A DNA stretch of 64,000 bases, taken from assembly GCF_006345805.1 (NCBI RefSeq), contig NC_043010.1, forward strand, positions 67,022,001-67,086,000, given 5' to 3'. The stretch comes from Octopus sinensis. Lineage: Eukaryota. How positions within the stretch are numbered: the first letter of the stretch is position 1; every line of letters starts with the position of its first letter. Both the position numbers and the translations under genes were made by a program. This document shows positions 24,698-38,550 of this stretch, piece after piece. The notes under the pieces are model-generated. The model ran no database searches, had not been told where the DNA came from, and was given only the letters and a program-made list of their open reading frames with translations.

Positions 24698-25108
24698 ATG
24701 ACAAAACACACCTTTACTCACTCACTTTCTCCCCTTCTCCCTCCTCACGAAATCGATGAGTACTTGTTACCCGCTTAAAATTTCGGCGCGAAAACTTGCT
24801 AAAGGATAAAACTGTATTGCATCTTAGGTCTTATATATCCTAGGATCTATATATCCAGTCATTTTAGCAGGTATGTAAAAGATATTGTTTTAATACACTT
24901 TGACTTGTTTCACACAAACACTAACATGTTTTTTTTTTTTTTTTGTCCCGACATCGTTACCACTTCGTTTATTATTGTTTTCAAAGTTCTTTGATTTTTC
25001 AGCCTAATGTAATCCACACTCTATAAAACGTATCTCTGCAAAATGTCATCTTAAAATATGTGTAAAGAAAGGGGGCTGATGCAGTTTCGCACCTCACCTT
25101 CAAAAGTG
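24698..25108 (+). repeat. ~400-bp direct repeat, copy 2
   Basis: matches 23023-23424. Confidence 0.9.
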
Positions 25109-25741
25109 CATTTTTTAAAAAAAAAAGATAGTCAAATTTCAATTAACAGTTCAACAGCACTTTTCTCATGGTAAAACAATAGTTTTTCTGTGGCAGCAGT
25201 TAAATTTGCCAAATGCCTTCTTAGCTAAGCAAAATAATGTCTTCGCCACTTGACCCTACTAACCTCTTCTATTTTACCAATAGCTAGAATAGATATCACA
25301 GACCTCCAACGAATTCTACTGTTGGAGAAGCGAGTTGATGAAAATGCAGTGACAGCGACCAAGAAGGTTATGAGACACAACATCCCTCGATTCTATAACT
25401 TTTACTAACTCAATTTCTTTTCTCTTACGACATCCTTCTATCTTTATCCGTGGGTTACTACAACGAGAACGTGTACACACATGCAGTCCGAAATTAACTT
25501 TTCTTTTTACCTTGCATGCTTTTCCATTTACTAGTTATACATTCCAACCCAATGTGGTTTTGGGTTTATACAATGCAACGGTAAATAAATAACCTTGGCG
25601 AATTTTCCGAAGTCCTTTCACCAAACCCTTCGAAAAAAATTTCCCCACAAATTTCTTTATAATCGTAATGTATGCTGTTTGAAAGGTATTTCTATACAAT
25701 TTCATTGATAAAACCCCATATTCCTAAAATTTACGAGGGAA

Positions 25742-25904
25742 AGTGGCTGTGTGGTAAGTAGCTTGCTTACGAACCACATGGTTCCGGGTTCGGTCCCACT
25801 GCATGGCACTTTGGGCAAGTGTCTTCTACTATAGCCTCGGGACGATCAAAGCCTTGTGAGTGGATTTGGTAGACAGAAACTGAAAGAAGCCCGTTGTATA
25901 TATG

Positions 25905-25961
<57 letters not shown>

Positions 25962-26370
25962 TGTGTGTGTGTGTGTGTATGTGTGTGTGGTGTGTGTATG
26001 TGTATATATGTGTGTGTGTGTGTATATATATGTGTGTGTGTGTGTATATATGTGTGTGTGTGTGTGTGTATATATGTGTGTGTGTATTGTGTGTGTGTGT
26101 GTGTATATATGTGTGTGTGTGTGTGTGTATATATGTGTGTGTGTATATGTGTGTGTGTGTGTATATATGTTTGTGCGTCTGTGTTTGTCCCCCAACATCA
26201 CTTGACAACCGATGCTGGTGTGTTTACGTCCCCGTAACTTAGCGGTTCGGCAAAAGACTGATAGAATAAGTAATTGGCTTACAAAGTATAAGTCCTAGGG
26301 TCGATTTGCTCGACTGAAGGCGGTGTTCCAGCATGGCCACAGTTAAATGACTGAAACCAGTAAAAGAGTA
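25742..26370 (+). mobile_element. SINE family B with an expanded internal (TA)/(TG) tract
   Basis: head, CORE-like segment and tail all present. Confidence 0.9.
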
Positions 26371-26599
26371 TCTTGTGAAAATTTATCGACCCCAAAAGGA
26401 TGAAAAGCAAAGTCGACCTCGAGGGAATTTGAACTTAGAACGTAGACAGATGAAATGCCGTTAAGCATTTCGCCCGATGTGCTAACGTTTGTGCCAGCTC
26501 ACCGCCTAGAAACCAAAGAAGATTGAAATTGTTATTCTTTTATATTGGTCCAATTCCAGAGAAGTTCTTGAATTATTGAATAACAGCAGATGAAATACT

Positions 26600-27512
26600 T
26601 ATTTGTTTACTACCCACAAGGGGCTAAACACAGAGAGGACAAACGAGGACAGACAAATGGATTAAGTCGATTATATCGACCCCAGTGCGTAACTGGTACT
26701 TATTTTAATTGACCCTGAAAGGATGAAAGGCAAAGTCAACCTTGGCTGAATTTGAACTCAGAACGTAGCACCAGACGAAATACCTATTTCTTTACTACCC
26801 ACAAGGGGCTAAACACAGAGGGGACAAACAAGGACAGACAAACGGATTAAGTTGATTATATTGACCCCCAGTGCGTAACTGGTACTTTATTTATCAACCC
26901 GGAAAGGATGAAAGGCAAGATCAACCTCGGCAGAATTTGAACTCAGAACGTAACGGCAGACGAAATACCTATTTTTTTACTACCCCCAAGGAGCTAAACA
27001 CAGAGGGGACAAACAAGGACAAAAGGATTGAGTCGATTATATTAACCCCAGTAACTAGTACTTATTTAATTGACATCAAAAGGATGAAAGGCAAAGTCGA
27101 CCTCGGCGGAATTTGAACTCAGAACGTAATGGCAGACGAAATACCTATTTCTTTACTACCCACAAGGGGCTAAACACAGAAAGGACAAACAAGGACAGAG
27201 AAACGGATTACGTCGATTATATCGACCCCATGTGTAACTGGTACTTAATTTATCGACCCCGAAAGGCAAATTTGAACTCAGAACGTAACAACAGACAAAA
27301 TACCTATTTCTTTACAACCCACAAGGGGCTAAACAAGGACAGACAAACAGATTAAGTCGATTATATTGACCCCAGTGCGTAACTGGTACTTAATTTATCG
27401 ACCCCAAAAGGATGAAAGGCAAAGTCGACCTCGGCAGAATTTGAACTCAGAACATAACAGCAGACGAAATACCACTAAACATTTCGCTCGGTGTGCTAAC
27501 GTTTCAGCTAGC
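26600..27512 (-). mobile_element. SINE family D head-to-tail array: five bodies and one head
   Basis: unit junctions ...gacgaaatacct|atttctttactacccacaagggg at about 26785, 26970, 27146, 27305; head only at the right end. Confidence 0.85.
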
Positions 27513-27659
27513 TTCTTACAACACAGCCATGGCTGCACTTATATGATGCAAACATATATTTCAACATTGAAGTTGAGCATACAATTAAAACTAATGTAAC
27601 CAAGGAATGCTACATACCTCCACTAAAGAACACTTCATAATTTGGTATGTTAGTCATAC

Positions 27660-27830
27660 AACCAATCAATAAATACAGAGTATTTGCTGCATCAGTAGAA
27701 GTGCCAATATTTGGGACACTTGAGGAAATCCATTAGCTTGACAGGAAAATGAGGAAAACACTAATAGTGACTGGCAGCATTATTATCGACGGTAATGTGG
27801 AAGATTGCTTGGATTGGAAAGTACTAAGGG
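27660..27830 (+). pseudogene. Possible R4-like RT C-terminal remnant
   Basis: FGTLEEIH*LDRKMRKTLIVTG resembles the LDxKTRKxLxxxG motif. Confidence 0.4.
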
Positions 27831-27927
27831 CAGAATCCAGTGTCAGAAGCAGAGTGCTTCTGATCAGGGTTCATTGATTTATGTAACTGATACTCTGAAT
27901 TACAACATTGGAAGGTTCTTGTCTTAT

Positions 27928-28690
27928 AGTGTCACTAGCACAGTATGTTACAGTGTCACTAACAAAGTATGTTAAAGTGTCACTAATGAGGTATGTTACA
28001 GTGCCACCAAGACAGTATGTTACAATGTCATTAACACTATATGTTAGAGTGTGACTGTGACAGTATGTTAGTGTCACTAATGAGTTATGTTACAGTGTGA
28101 CCAAGACAGTATGTTACAATGTCATTAACACTATGTTACAGTATCACTAAACAGTATGTTACAATGTCATTAACAAAGTATATTACAGTGTCACTGACAC
28201 AGTATGTTACAGTGTCACTAACAAGGTATGTTACCGTGTCACCAAGACAGTATGTTACAATGTCATTAACAAAGTATGTTACAGTGTCACTGACACAGTA
28301 TGTTACTGTGTCACCAAGACAGTATGTTACAGTGTCACTAACAAAGTATGTTACAGTGTCACTAAAACAGTATGTTACAGTGCAACCAAGATAGTATGTT
28401 ACAGTTACTGACACATTTTTTTCAGTGCCACCAGTATGTTGCAGTGTCACAGACAGTATGTCACAGTGACATTAATATAGTATGTTAGTGTTACTGGGGC
28501 AGTATGTTACAGTGTCACTAAGACAATGTTAGTGTCACTAATATATTTCGTTACACTGTCACTGAAGCAGTATGTTATAGTGTCACTGAGATAATGTTAC
28601 AATGTCACTAACACAGTATGTTACAGCATCACTAAGTATGTTATATTGTCACTGAGATGGTATGTTACAGTGTCATTGCGACACTATAAC
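27928..28690. repeat. 24-bp minisatellite (about 30 units), consensus cacagtatgttacagtgtcactaa
   Basis: direct inspection; recurring variants suggest higher-order periodicity. Confidence 0.9.
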
Positions 28691-29622
28691 ATATCCTTTG
28701 TGTGACACTATAAGGTGAAATCTCATTGATGTGGTAATAGTGACAATGACACTAATCAATGATTAGAAGCCAGCCTTGACCACTCATCACTATTTTGGCA
28801 GTACTGCTGAGGTCGACTCTACCATTCATCCTTTTGGGCTCAATAAAATAAGTACCAGTTGAGCATTAGCACTGATGTAATCAACTTACCCCTCCCCAAA
28901 ATTGCTGGCCTTGTGCCAAAATCTGAAACAAATATTTAAACAGCGCCTAAGGTTACACTGCCCAATCCTCTTCTATATGTCTGTCTGTCTGTCTATTTGT
29001 CTCTGTCTGTCTCTCTCTCTCTCTACCTCTCTTGCTCTCTCTGTCTTTCTGCTTTTCTTGCTTTGGAAAGAAACAAACAAACACCAGTTGTCAAGTGATG
29101 GAAGACAAAGGCAGACACAAAAATCATTCACTCACACATACACACGAAAACACTTGTACACACACACACGCACACACACATATACTTGTCTCCAATCACA
29201 TCCTCATGTCCTTCCTTCTGGTCAATTCAACATGTGAAACCGTTGAGCCAGACACATTGTTTTTTTTTTTCTCTCTCCATTTTAACCTCTCTCCATCTGT
29301 TTTCTCTCCTCATTCCTTGTTCTAGAAGGGCATAGGTCTGAAACATCAAAGACATTCATTTTTTCTGAGTCAAACAAACACACCTTGCTTGTTGTTCTAT
29401 CACCTGTCTTTGTCTTTAGATTTTTTTTGGGGGTTTTTTTTTGCAACTCTGAAAAGCTATACATATAGTACCACTACACCATTCTATTTCTACCAGAAAG
29501 ACCAACCTTAAATATATGCACGTTTCCCATAAACTCTTTTCCAGAAAACTCTGCCAACTTGCAACAATCCCATGGTCATTCGTGACTGAAGGGGGTCACC
29601 CATATATATATACATATATATG

Positions 29623-29676
<54 letters not shown>

Positions 29677-29782
29677 TATATACACACATATGTAAACAAT
29701 GTAGGATGATGGAATGAGTGCTCAACACTATTGGTGGATAAATAGTTTCTTTATTTGTGAATCATATACATACAAAGTGGAG

Positions 29783-30055
29783 GCACATGGCCAAGTGGTT
29801 AGAGCAGCGGACTCGCGGTCGAGGGATTGCAGGTTTGAATCTCAGACTGGGCGATGTGTGTGTTTATGAGCGAAACACCTAAGCGGCTCCAGCAGAACTT
29901 CTGCTGAGCCTTTCGCCACAACTTTCTCTCACTCTTTCCTCCAGCATCTTGCAACTCACCTGCAATGGAACGGCGTCCCATCCAGATGGGGAACCTATAT
30001 GCCAAGGAAACCGGGTGACCGGCCCTTATGAGCCAGGCATGGCTTGAGAAGGAAC
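29783..30055 (+). mobile_element. SINE family C-related copy
   Basis: ggaggcacatggccaagtggttagagcagcggactcgcgg head. Confidence 0.75.
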
Positions 30056-30439
30056 ATATATATACAAAACAGGCTCTTCACAGTTTTTGTCTGGCAAATT
30101 CACTCACAAGGCATTGGATCATCCCAGAGCTAAAGAAGGCATTTGCTCAAAGTGCAGTGCAGTGGGATTGAACCGTCTCGTTGCAAAGTGAGATTCTTAA
30201 CCACACAGCCATGCCTCTACCTGTGACTAATAGCTCACCTAAGGATAAAAAAAAATACACCAGTTCATGTTCTTCATATATCCATGATGATTAAGAAAGA
30301 AAAGTGTTGCCTAATATTCAAACTGCTTTATGTATTGTTCTAGAAAGTTCTCTGTATGTGTGTGTGTGTGTGTTTGGGACAGTGCCATACATGGCCTGGC
30401 AGGACTATTAAACCTGTGCCAACATGGAAGGAAGATTTA

Positions 30440-31700
30440 GACACTTAAACATGCTGGCAATTGTGGTAGTGGTGGTAGTGGTGGTGGAGGTGATGATGGT
30501 GGTAGAGGTGATGATGATGATGGTGGTGGCGGTGGCAGTCATGTTCGTTGTCGTCATCATCGTAGAAGCAGTGGTGGTGGTCATCATCGTTCTTGTCATG
30601 GGTAACGATGATGATGATGATGCTGGTGATGCTGGTGGTGACGAGGTAGTGATGACGACAATGATGATGATAATGATGATGGTGGTGATGAAGATGAAGC
30701 AAATGAGGGGGCTGATGGATGGTTAAGTTGATATTGATGATGATGTTGATGATGAAGATAATGATGATAGTATTGGATGTAGTGGTGGTGGTGGTCTCAA
30801 GAGTGGATCGATGGTGGCAGAATTAATAGTAATGATGGTTAGTGATGATGAAGCAGATAAGGAGAATGATAGCTGGTTATCTCGGTGATGTCGACGAAGA
30901 CGATGACGATGACGATGATGATGAGGTGGAGAAGATAGAACAAAAATAAACTTTAATGTAATAGTGGGACAAATAATCATGATTAGATCAGAAAGATTAT
31001 GAGTCGTGTGTGGTGGTCACTATGATGATGATGATGATGGTGGTAGTAGTTTTGGTGGTGGTGGTGGTGGTGGTTATGATGATGATGACAAGATGATGGT
31101 GATGATGACAGTTATGATGGTGCTGCTGCTTTTCACGATGATGATGATGATGATGATGACAGACTTGTTGATGATACAGAGGTGATGATCATGCCAGTGA
31201 AGAGTAGTGATGGTGGTAGTGGTGGTATATGTGGTAGTGGTAGTAGTAGTAGTAGCAGTAGCAGCAGCAATAATGGTTATGTCGATGTTAATAGAGTGAT
31301 TTTAGCAGTGATGGTGGTAGTAGTAGCAGTGGTAGTAGTAGTAGTAGTGGCAGTGGTATAGGTGGTAGTGTTGATTGTGGTGGTGTTGAGGATAATGGTA
31401 GTGGGGGTGGTGGTGGTGGTGGTGGTGGTATAGGTGGTGGTGGTGGTGGTGGTGGTGGTGGTTGCTTATGAAGCTTGAGGTGATGATAGTATAGGTAAGT
31501 TAAAAACATGGTTAATAAGATGGTTTGTTGCAGTGATGATGAAGATGATGATGATGGTCATGCTGATGACGAAGATGATGATAGTGATGATGATGACAGT
31601 AGTGATGGTTATGATGGTTGCATTGATCATTGCGACAGCAGCGATGGTGATGATGGCTAAAATAACGCTATTGTTGACAATGATGACGATGATGATGATG
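30440..31700. repeat. (GAT)n/(GGT)n/(GTA)n degenerate trinucleotide field
   Basis: direct inspection. Confidence 0.9.
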
Positions 31701-32019
31701 GTGATGAGGATGACAGTCTTTCCAATGTCTAACGATGTCAGACTCTCAGTCACGTCACATCAACAATAACCTCTTCAGCTCAGTCACAAGACAAGACATA
31801 GTTACATAGTTCCACCGATTTCTCAGACTTCTTCTCCCGAGACCTCTCTTTCTCTCCTTCTCTCTCTTCATCTCCTTTCTATTATAGTACTTCTACCATT
31901 ATCACCACCACCACCACCACCACCACTATCATCATCATCGTCATCATTTACTTGCATATGTGCATTTGTATTTCTCTCCCTCTCTTTCACTGTCTGTCTC
32001 TGCCTCTGCCTCTCTCTCT

Positions 32020-32087
32020 CTCTATTTTATACATCTATATATAATGCAGAGTGACAGATGGTAGTGGTGGTAGTGATTGTAGTTTCC

Positions 32088-32129
<42 letters not shown>

Positions 32130-32269
32130 GAGAGAGGCGGGGAGATGGGCGATAAGGAGTGAGATACATATACACACACATAAACATATATATATGTATG
32201 TATATGTGTATGTGTACATATATATATATGTATGTATGTGTATGTATTTAATATAGATATATATATACT

Positions 32270-32325
<56 letters not shown>

Positions 32326-32517
32326 TATACATATAAATACACATAAATATGTATATATACATGTGTGAATTTATATATATATGTTTATACACATATGTGT
32401 ATATATATATCTTTATATGCACATATGTATATATACACACACATACACATAATACATACACACACACACGTATATATATACATACATACACATAATACAC
32501 ACATATATATGTGTGTG

Positions 32518-32555
<38 letters not shown>

Positions 32556-33130
32556 AGGAAATATGAATATGCGCATGGCCCGCATCTACACACATATATA
32601 CACACACACAGAAATCTGTCTGAAAACTACTCGCCATCTTTTCCGAGTGTTGTAGTTTAGATACCAATACAGACATTACTACGACTACTACTGCCAACAC
32701 TTTACCTCTATTATTCATTTCTGGTATTATACTGTATATATACTACATATATACATACATGCACACACCGATATATATATACGCACACATGCATGTCACT
32801 TACACAAACACACACATGCACATGGACACATACATATACACATTCAGAAATGTATATATATACTCATATACTTGCCCTTCCACAGTCACATCGACAACAC
32901 TTATTCACTCATACACACACACACACACATACACACACACATTATTTATGTATAGAAATACCTTTACACATGAAAATATATCTACAGACCCAAACATATA
33001 CACATACATAATTATACATATATAATATATATATATATATATGTATATGTATGTGTATATATATGTGTGTGTGTGTATATATGTATATATATATATCTAT
33101 ATATATATATATATAATATATATATATATA
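32020..33130. repeat. (TA)/(CA) microsatellite field
   Basis: direct inspection. Confidence 0.9.
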
Positions 33131-33142
33131 CATACACACACA

Positions 33143-33360
33143 TATGGCCCAGTGGTTAGAGCAGCGGACTTGTGGTCGTAGGATTGTGGTTTCGATTCCC
33201 AGACCAGGTGTTGTAAGTGTTTATTGAGTGGAAACACCTAAAAGCTCCATGAGGCTCCTGCAGGGGGTGGTGGTGAACCCTGCCATCCTCTTTCACCACA
33301 ACTCTCTCTCACCCTTTCTTCCTGTTTCTCATGTACCTGTATTTCAATGTAGTTCTCAGG
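33143..33360 (+). mobile_element. SINE family C, 5' part
   Basis: atggcccagtggttagagcagcggac...ggtttcgattcccagacc. Confidence 0.8.
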
Positions 33361-34097
33361 GAGATCTTGTGTAACACAGAATCTGATAATACTGGTCCTT
33401 TGAACTACAGGTACAGCACAATTTTTTCAGCTGAGTGGACTGGAGCAACATGAAATAAAGTGTCTTGCTCAAGGACACAACTCACTGCCAGGAATTGAAC
33501 TCACGACCTTACGATCATGAGGTAAATACCCAAACCACTAAGCCATGCACCTTAACCTCTATTACATCACCCAACCCTATACAACAGTCCATTACATCTC
33601 AGTACATAACACTCACTGCACTACAATGTATTATTATGTTATACAATATTACACATTGTTCTCTCAAGCCTTAGGATTCATGTAGAGGCACATGGCTTAA
33701 TAATTTGGGTGTTGGACTCATGATCATACAATTGTGGTTTCAATTCCTGGACTGGGTGATGTGCTGTGTTCTTGGGCAAAACACATCATTTTATGTTGCT
33801 CTAATCTAGTTTAAAAAATGGAAATTTATATTATGGTTTATTATTGTTTATATTTTGAATTACATATATGTGAGGGGCACCAAAATCTTTTGAGTACTTA
33901 GGGCCTCTATGGGCCTTAATCACACCCTGAGTCCAGTTGTATGTTCAACAGGATGTTCATAGGTTGAAATCAACAGAAGCAAAGTAAATTAAATTTTGGT
34001 GATAAAATATAGCATTCTGGTGAAAATTAAGAATGTGAGAATGTAGGAATTTAAAAATTAAGAAACTAGCAAAACCATTAAAAAAAACTTGAAGAAT

Positions 34098-34472
34098 AGG
34101 CGTAAGAGTGGCTGTGGTAAGTAACTTGCTTACCAACCACATGGTCCCAGGTTCAGTCCCACTGCGTGGCATCTTGGGCAAGTATCTTCTGCTATAGTCT
34201 TGGGCTGACCAAAGCTTTGTGAGTGGATTTGGTAGACGGAAACTGTAATTAAAACCCGTCGTATATATGTATATATATGTGTTTGTGTATCTGTGTTTGT
34301 CCCCCTAGCATTGCTGGTGTGTTTATGTCCACGTCATTTAGCGGTTCGGCAAAAAGAGACCAATAGAATAAGTACTAGGCTTACAAAGAATAAGTCCTGG
34401 GGTCGATTTGTTTGACTAAAGGTGGTGCTCCAGCATGGCCACAGTCAAATGACTGAAACAAGTAAAAGAGTA
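34098..34472 (+). mobile_element. SINE family B
   Basis: full head-to-tail match. Confidence 0.9.
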
Positions 34473-35018
34473 ATTAAAACTTTATTAATAATAATAATTG
34501 AAGAAATTAAAAAGAGTTTGGGAGATTAGAGGTGTACGTTGCAAAGGAAGGGAAGAAATGATAATAACTAGAAGAAGCGCTTGGAGAGCGCTGACCTCCG
34601 ATAGGCAGCTCATTTCCACCCATATACACGCATGTTGAAAATCGCCCAATTTCCCAAACTATTGCTGGCAAAAACATAACAGAGATACTATTTTATCCTC
34701 CCCCCATACTTATCTCGACCGTCGTCATCATCAACACTGTCTCTGCTTTCACCACAATCACCATCAAAACTACAATCACCACAATCAGTTTCTTTACACA
34801 GTTGAAAATCCATTATCCGATACTCATGGGACCGAGATTGTTGCAGATTTTTGATTTTTCTAATTTTGGATTGCTTTATTAAAACCAGGTCTAAACACAA
34901 TAGCTTATAGACATACTCTGAATGTAGTTCTATATAAATCTTTAATAATTATTTTTTTATACTTAAGACCATCAGGAATGTTAAGATATCAGCCTCTACC
35001 CACATTGCCATGCTTTGA

Positions 35019-35231
35019 TTGACCCTTCGTTACCAACACGGCTGAAACCAGTCCTAGCTCTTGTTTTCATAAGTTTGGAATTAAAATTTTCCACCAAACC
35101 TTAGTCACAAGTTATGTCCCTAACACTAGCTGAATGATAACTAAGTTATTTTACTAAATTCTTTGTTATATTTAAAATAACTGAAAGAAATACAGAACAT
35201 CTCAAAATAAATACAGTAATGAAAGGGTTAA
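35019..35231 (-). mobile_element. piggyBac-type MITE monomer (same family as 21466)
   Basis: ends gtaatgaaaggg-TTAA; internal match. Confidence 0.8.
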
Positions 35232-35344
35232 TAGGTTACAGCATAGATTAGATTAATTATATAAGTTTCAGCCAAAGTTGACTGAGGCCATGTCTAATTT
35301 AATAGCACTACATAGAAGAGATACACAGTCAGCTCTGGGGAACT

Positions 35345-35735
35345 GTAGTCTATTCAAGCAAAGGGTTATTGTTTTCAGAGACATATCTGGGTGTGGTGGT
35401 TTATCTGGTATTTGTTGTGGGTAATGATCTAGGGATCATTTGAATGCCGTAAAGTCTCTTTCCTCCTTTATGTGTGTCTGGCCTGATGTTGAAGAAGCAG
35501 GGCCAATTGAGGTGAAATGGTTCTGTCATAGTGTTGTGATACGACACAAACATTTCTGTAGTGGACGGATGGCATGGGGGGCCAAGCCTCGGACGAATGT
35601 TAAAGATGGGCAATATTGATGGAATATTTTCCACATCATACAGATGATATAGAGCTCACAGCGGCAGTGGAAGGAGCAAAGCCTGAGCTTTTTGAGTCGA
35701 TCCCAATAGTCAAGGCTTGTTATGTCATCCTCCAC
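35345..35735 (-). pseudogene. CR1/L2-type LINE 3' remnant
   Basis: LDYWDRLKKLRLCSF...IICMMWKI and AFK*SLDHYPQQIPDKP motifs. Confidence 0.7.
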
Positions 35736-35737
35736 AG

Positions 35738-36090
35738 ACCTCCGCCAAGCAGCTCGTTTTAAGATAGATACGCGAGTAAAATTACTAATAGAGAAACGAG
35801 AATAAACTTTGGAAACAGCAACGCCACCATAGGTTACGTGGAAACGATGAACGTGTTTTCAAGGTTGATAATCAAAGAACATAACATAGTAGAACTTCAT
35901 GTAAAGTAGATCTAACAAATGAAAAATCCTTCAAGAATCCATAAAAATTCCCGGATAACTACCAAAATTTCATCATCTATTTCTTGTGTCATTACCAACT
36001 TTTTCTGCAAGTTTCATCAAATACCGTTTGCAACTTTTTGAGTTATTTTGCACACAGACAGATAAAACAACCTCCTTCCTTGGCGGAGGT
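35738..36090. mobile_element. Non-autonomous DNA element with 12-bp inverted termini
   Basis: acctccgccaag (35738-35749) / cttggcggaggt (36079-36090); related 5' fragment at about 34566-34600. Confidence 0.65.
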
Positions 36091-37519
36091 AATAAAAGTA
36101 AAATAAAAAGAAACAAAAATGTTATCTTAGTGGATGTAAAAGTTATTTTGTATTTATTAGCGTTGTTTTCTAACAAGTTATATGAGATTATTTTTCTAAA
36201 ATGTTTGTATAAAGTGATTTGTTTAAAGATTTTTTTCATTGATGATTGCTGTAAACAAATGCATGAATTTAGCCCATTGATAATTAAAACTGTCTCAATA
36301 GGTAATGATCTTCATGTGGACACTTTGAGGTTACCTCAGTCTTCAGGCTTCTTATTTAATAGTATAACATCCTTTGTTAGGATACTAATGTCATTGCTAA
36401 GCAGATCTGGCATCTGTTGGACATGCTGATGTAAAGAGTATTGATGATAGTAAAAGACTAGTCTTTTAAAAAATGTTTTAATCTTTAAAACTCCGGACAT
36501 ATTTAGACAATGACATGATGATTCTGTGTTCTGGGTGAAATGAGAACAGAATATGAGTATACCAGATTTTATGAGTTGGCTTTAAAAAACCAGAAGACAT
36601 TTTGAGCTATTATATCAATGCTTTACCAAGGTACTTTCTATTTATTCACCAAGGCAACAGGAAACAGTTACTAGTGATAAAGTATCAGACTAGTTTAAAT
36701 CTGTGTAATTTATTTTGTTGATTTTAGATATTAAAATGATACAATTTTCAGTGCAACTATAACTAACCTTAACTGTATCGTCATTAAAGAGCTTGTGATA
36801 TCATTTGTAAGATAAGAGAGTGCTTAGCTACCAAGTCTAGGAAATTAGTTTAATAAATATTAGGAATTACATTGAAACTAATTGGGGATTGAACAAGATA
36901 ATTTTCCATCTTATATGTGTATGTTGTAGGGGTGCAAATATAAGAAAGATATAAATGTGTATGCATATATATGTGTATGATGGCTGCCCACTTGTGACCA
37001 AGACAAACATATATATTCACATACACATATAAACATGTAAATGTGTGAGGTGTGTGTAGGTGTGTTGTGTGTGTGCATGTGCTTGTGGGCATGCATTTGT
37101 GTGTGCCTGTATATCTTTACTTCTGTATATGCATATATATGTGTGTGTGTGTTATTGTCACCACCACCATCATCATCATTATCATAAGTATCATAATTTT
37201 TGCCTGTTAATGGGATAAAAAGTTTGCTAATCAGTCAGGTAACCTTTTATTATTTAGCCTTACATCAACTTCGAATGAGCAAAGTAAATCCCGCCCATGA
37301 CCATTCCATCATATTAGGAGTATGAGAGACCCTATTACTGAGTGGAGGGTCTTTCATTGTCTCAGATGGTAAGGTTCAATGTGTTGGGGTTTGGTTTTGA
37401 CAATGCTGAATGTCCAAATAGCCGTTCCTTCATGGCTCTAGGTAGCCTTTTGTTTCGGTGATGGTGGCAGTGGATGAGACGGTGATGGGTGGTAGTTTGG
37501 GGTGGAAAAGGAGACTTTG

Positions 37520-38200
37520 TGTGTGTATGTGTGTGTGTATATATATATATATATTTATATATTTATATATATATATATATATATTATGTATGTATATGCT
37601 ACACACAAATGTATACACAGAAAAAAATACATACACATATATGTGGGAGAGTATATATATATATATATATATATATTATGTATGTATATGCTACACACAA
37701 ATGTATACACAGAAAAAATACATACACATATATGTGGGAGAGTATATATATATATATTTATATATCAATATGTATATGGGGTGAGGTGTATGTACACACA
37801 TATTCCTATTGTAATCTATATATGCATGTATCTGTATATAAATAAATAATATAGACATATCTGTAAATAAATATACCCACACATGCACACACACATATGC
37901 ATGTATGTATCTATGTTTGTATGTATTTATGTATGTGTGTGTGTGTGTATATATATATGTGTATATATATATGTGTGTATGTATATATGTATGTATATAT
38001 ATATATGTATATATATATATGTGTGTGTATATATGTGTATGTATATGTTTGTGTTGAATGGTGGGAATGAGTGCTCAACACCACACACACACACATGTAT
38101 GTGTACACATATATGTAAATAGAGATATATAGCTAAAAATAAAGACATATACATATATATACATACATATACACATGTATACATACATGCGCACAGATAT
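37520..38200. repeat. Microsatellite field including two tandem copies of an ~85-bp unit
   Basis: tatgctacacacaaatgtatacacagaaaaaa...gtgggagag occurs twice. Confidence 0.85.
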
Positions 38201-38270
38201 ATATACACAGGCACATACATTAAATAATTCGATTTGCCATACAGCTTATACACACCGCACACACAAAACT

Positions 38271-38400
38271 GCACATCATAACAGCCGAGCAGAGATGGTG
38301 GCAGCAGATATTAAATAAAGAGAATAAAAAAAGGCAAACAAGCTTCACCTAAACACAATTTGCATCGTCAGTATTCTTTCTGCGAGACATGTTCTTATTA
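38271..38400 (+). repeat. 130-bp local duplication, copy 1
   Basis: 124/130 identical to 39753-39882 by hand alignment. Confidence 0.85.
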
Positions 38401-38550
38401 CAATGGAAGCCAGCGGCTATTTGTCTCTTCCTTTCTCTCTATCCTTCTCTCTGTGTAATCCTTCCTCGTTTCCTTCCTCTCTTTACACCTGTTTAACTTC
38501 TTAACCACCGATTTATGCTTCTATAAAAAAATACCCCATATAAATATATG

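Noticed and set aside
25110-25740. Possible RT or transposase relic (KKAFG-like, KKVMRH-like words)
   Set aside because: Motifs too short, on different strands and inconsistent
26600-28690. CRISPR-like arrays
   Set aside because: Units are contiguous with no unique spacers; eukaryotic context, no cas genes
35790-35870. CpG-containing promoter-like segment
   Set aside because: Lies inside the 35738-36090 element with inverted termini
36340-36500. 54-codon minus-strand ORF ending MPDLLSNDISILTKDVILLNKKPED* as a terminal exon
   Set aside because: No recognisable homology, ambiguous acceptor, no upstream exons found
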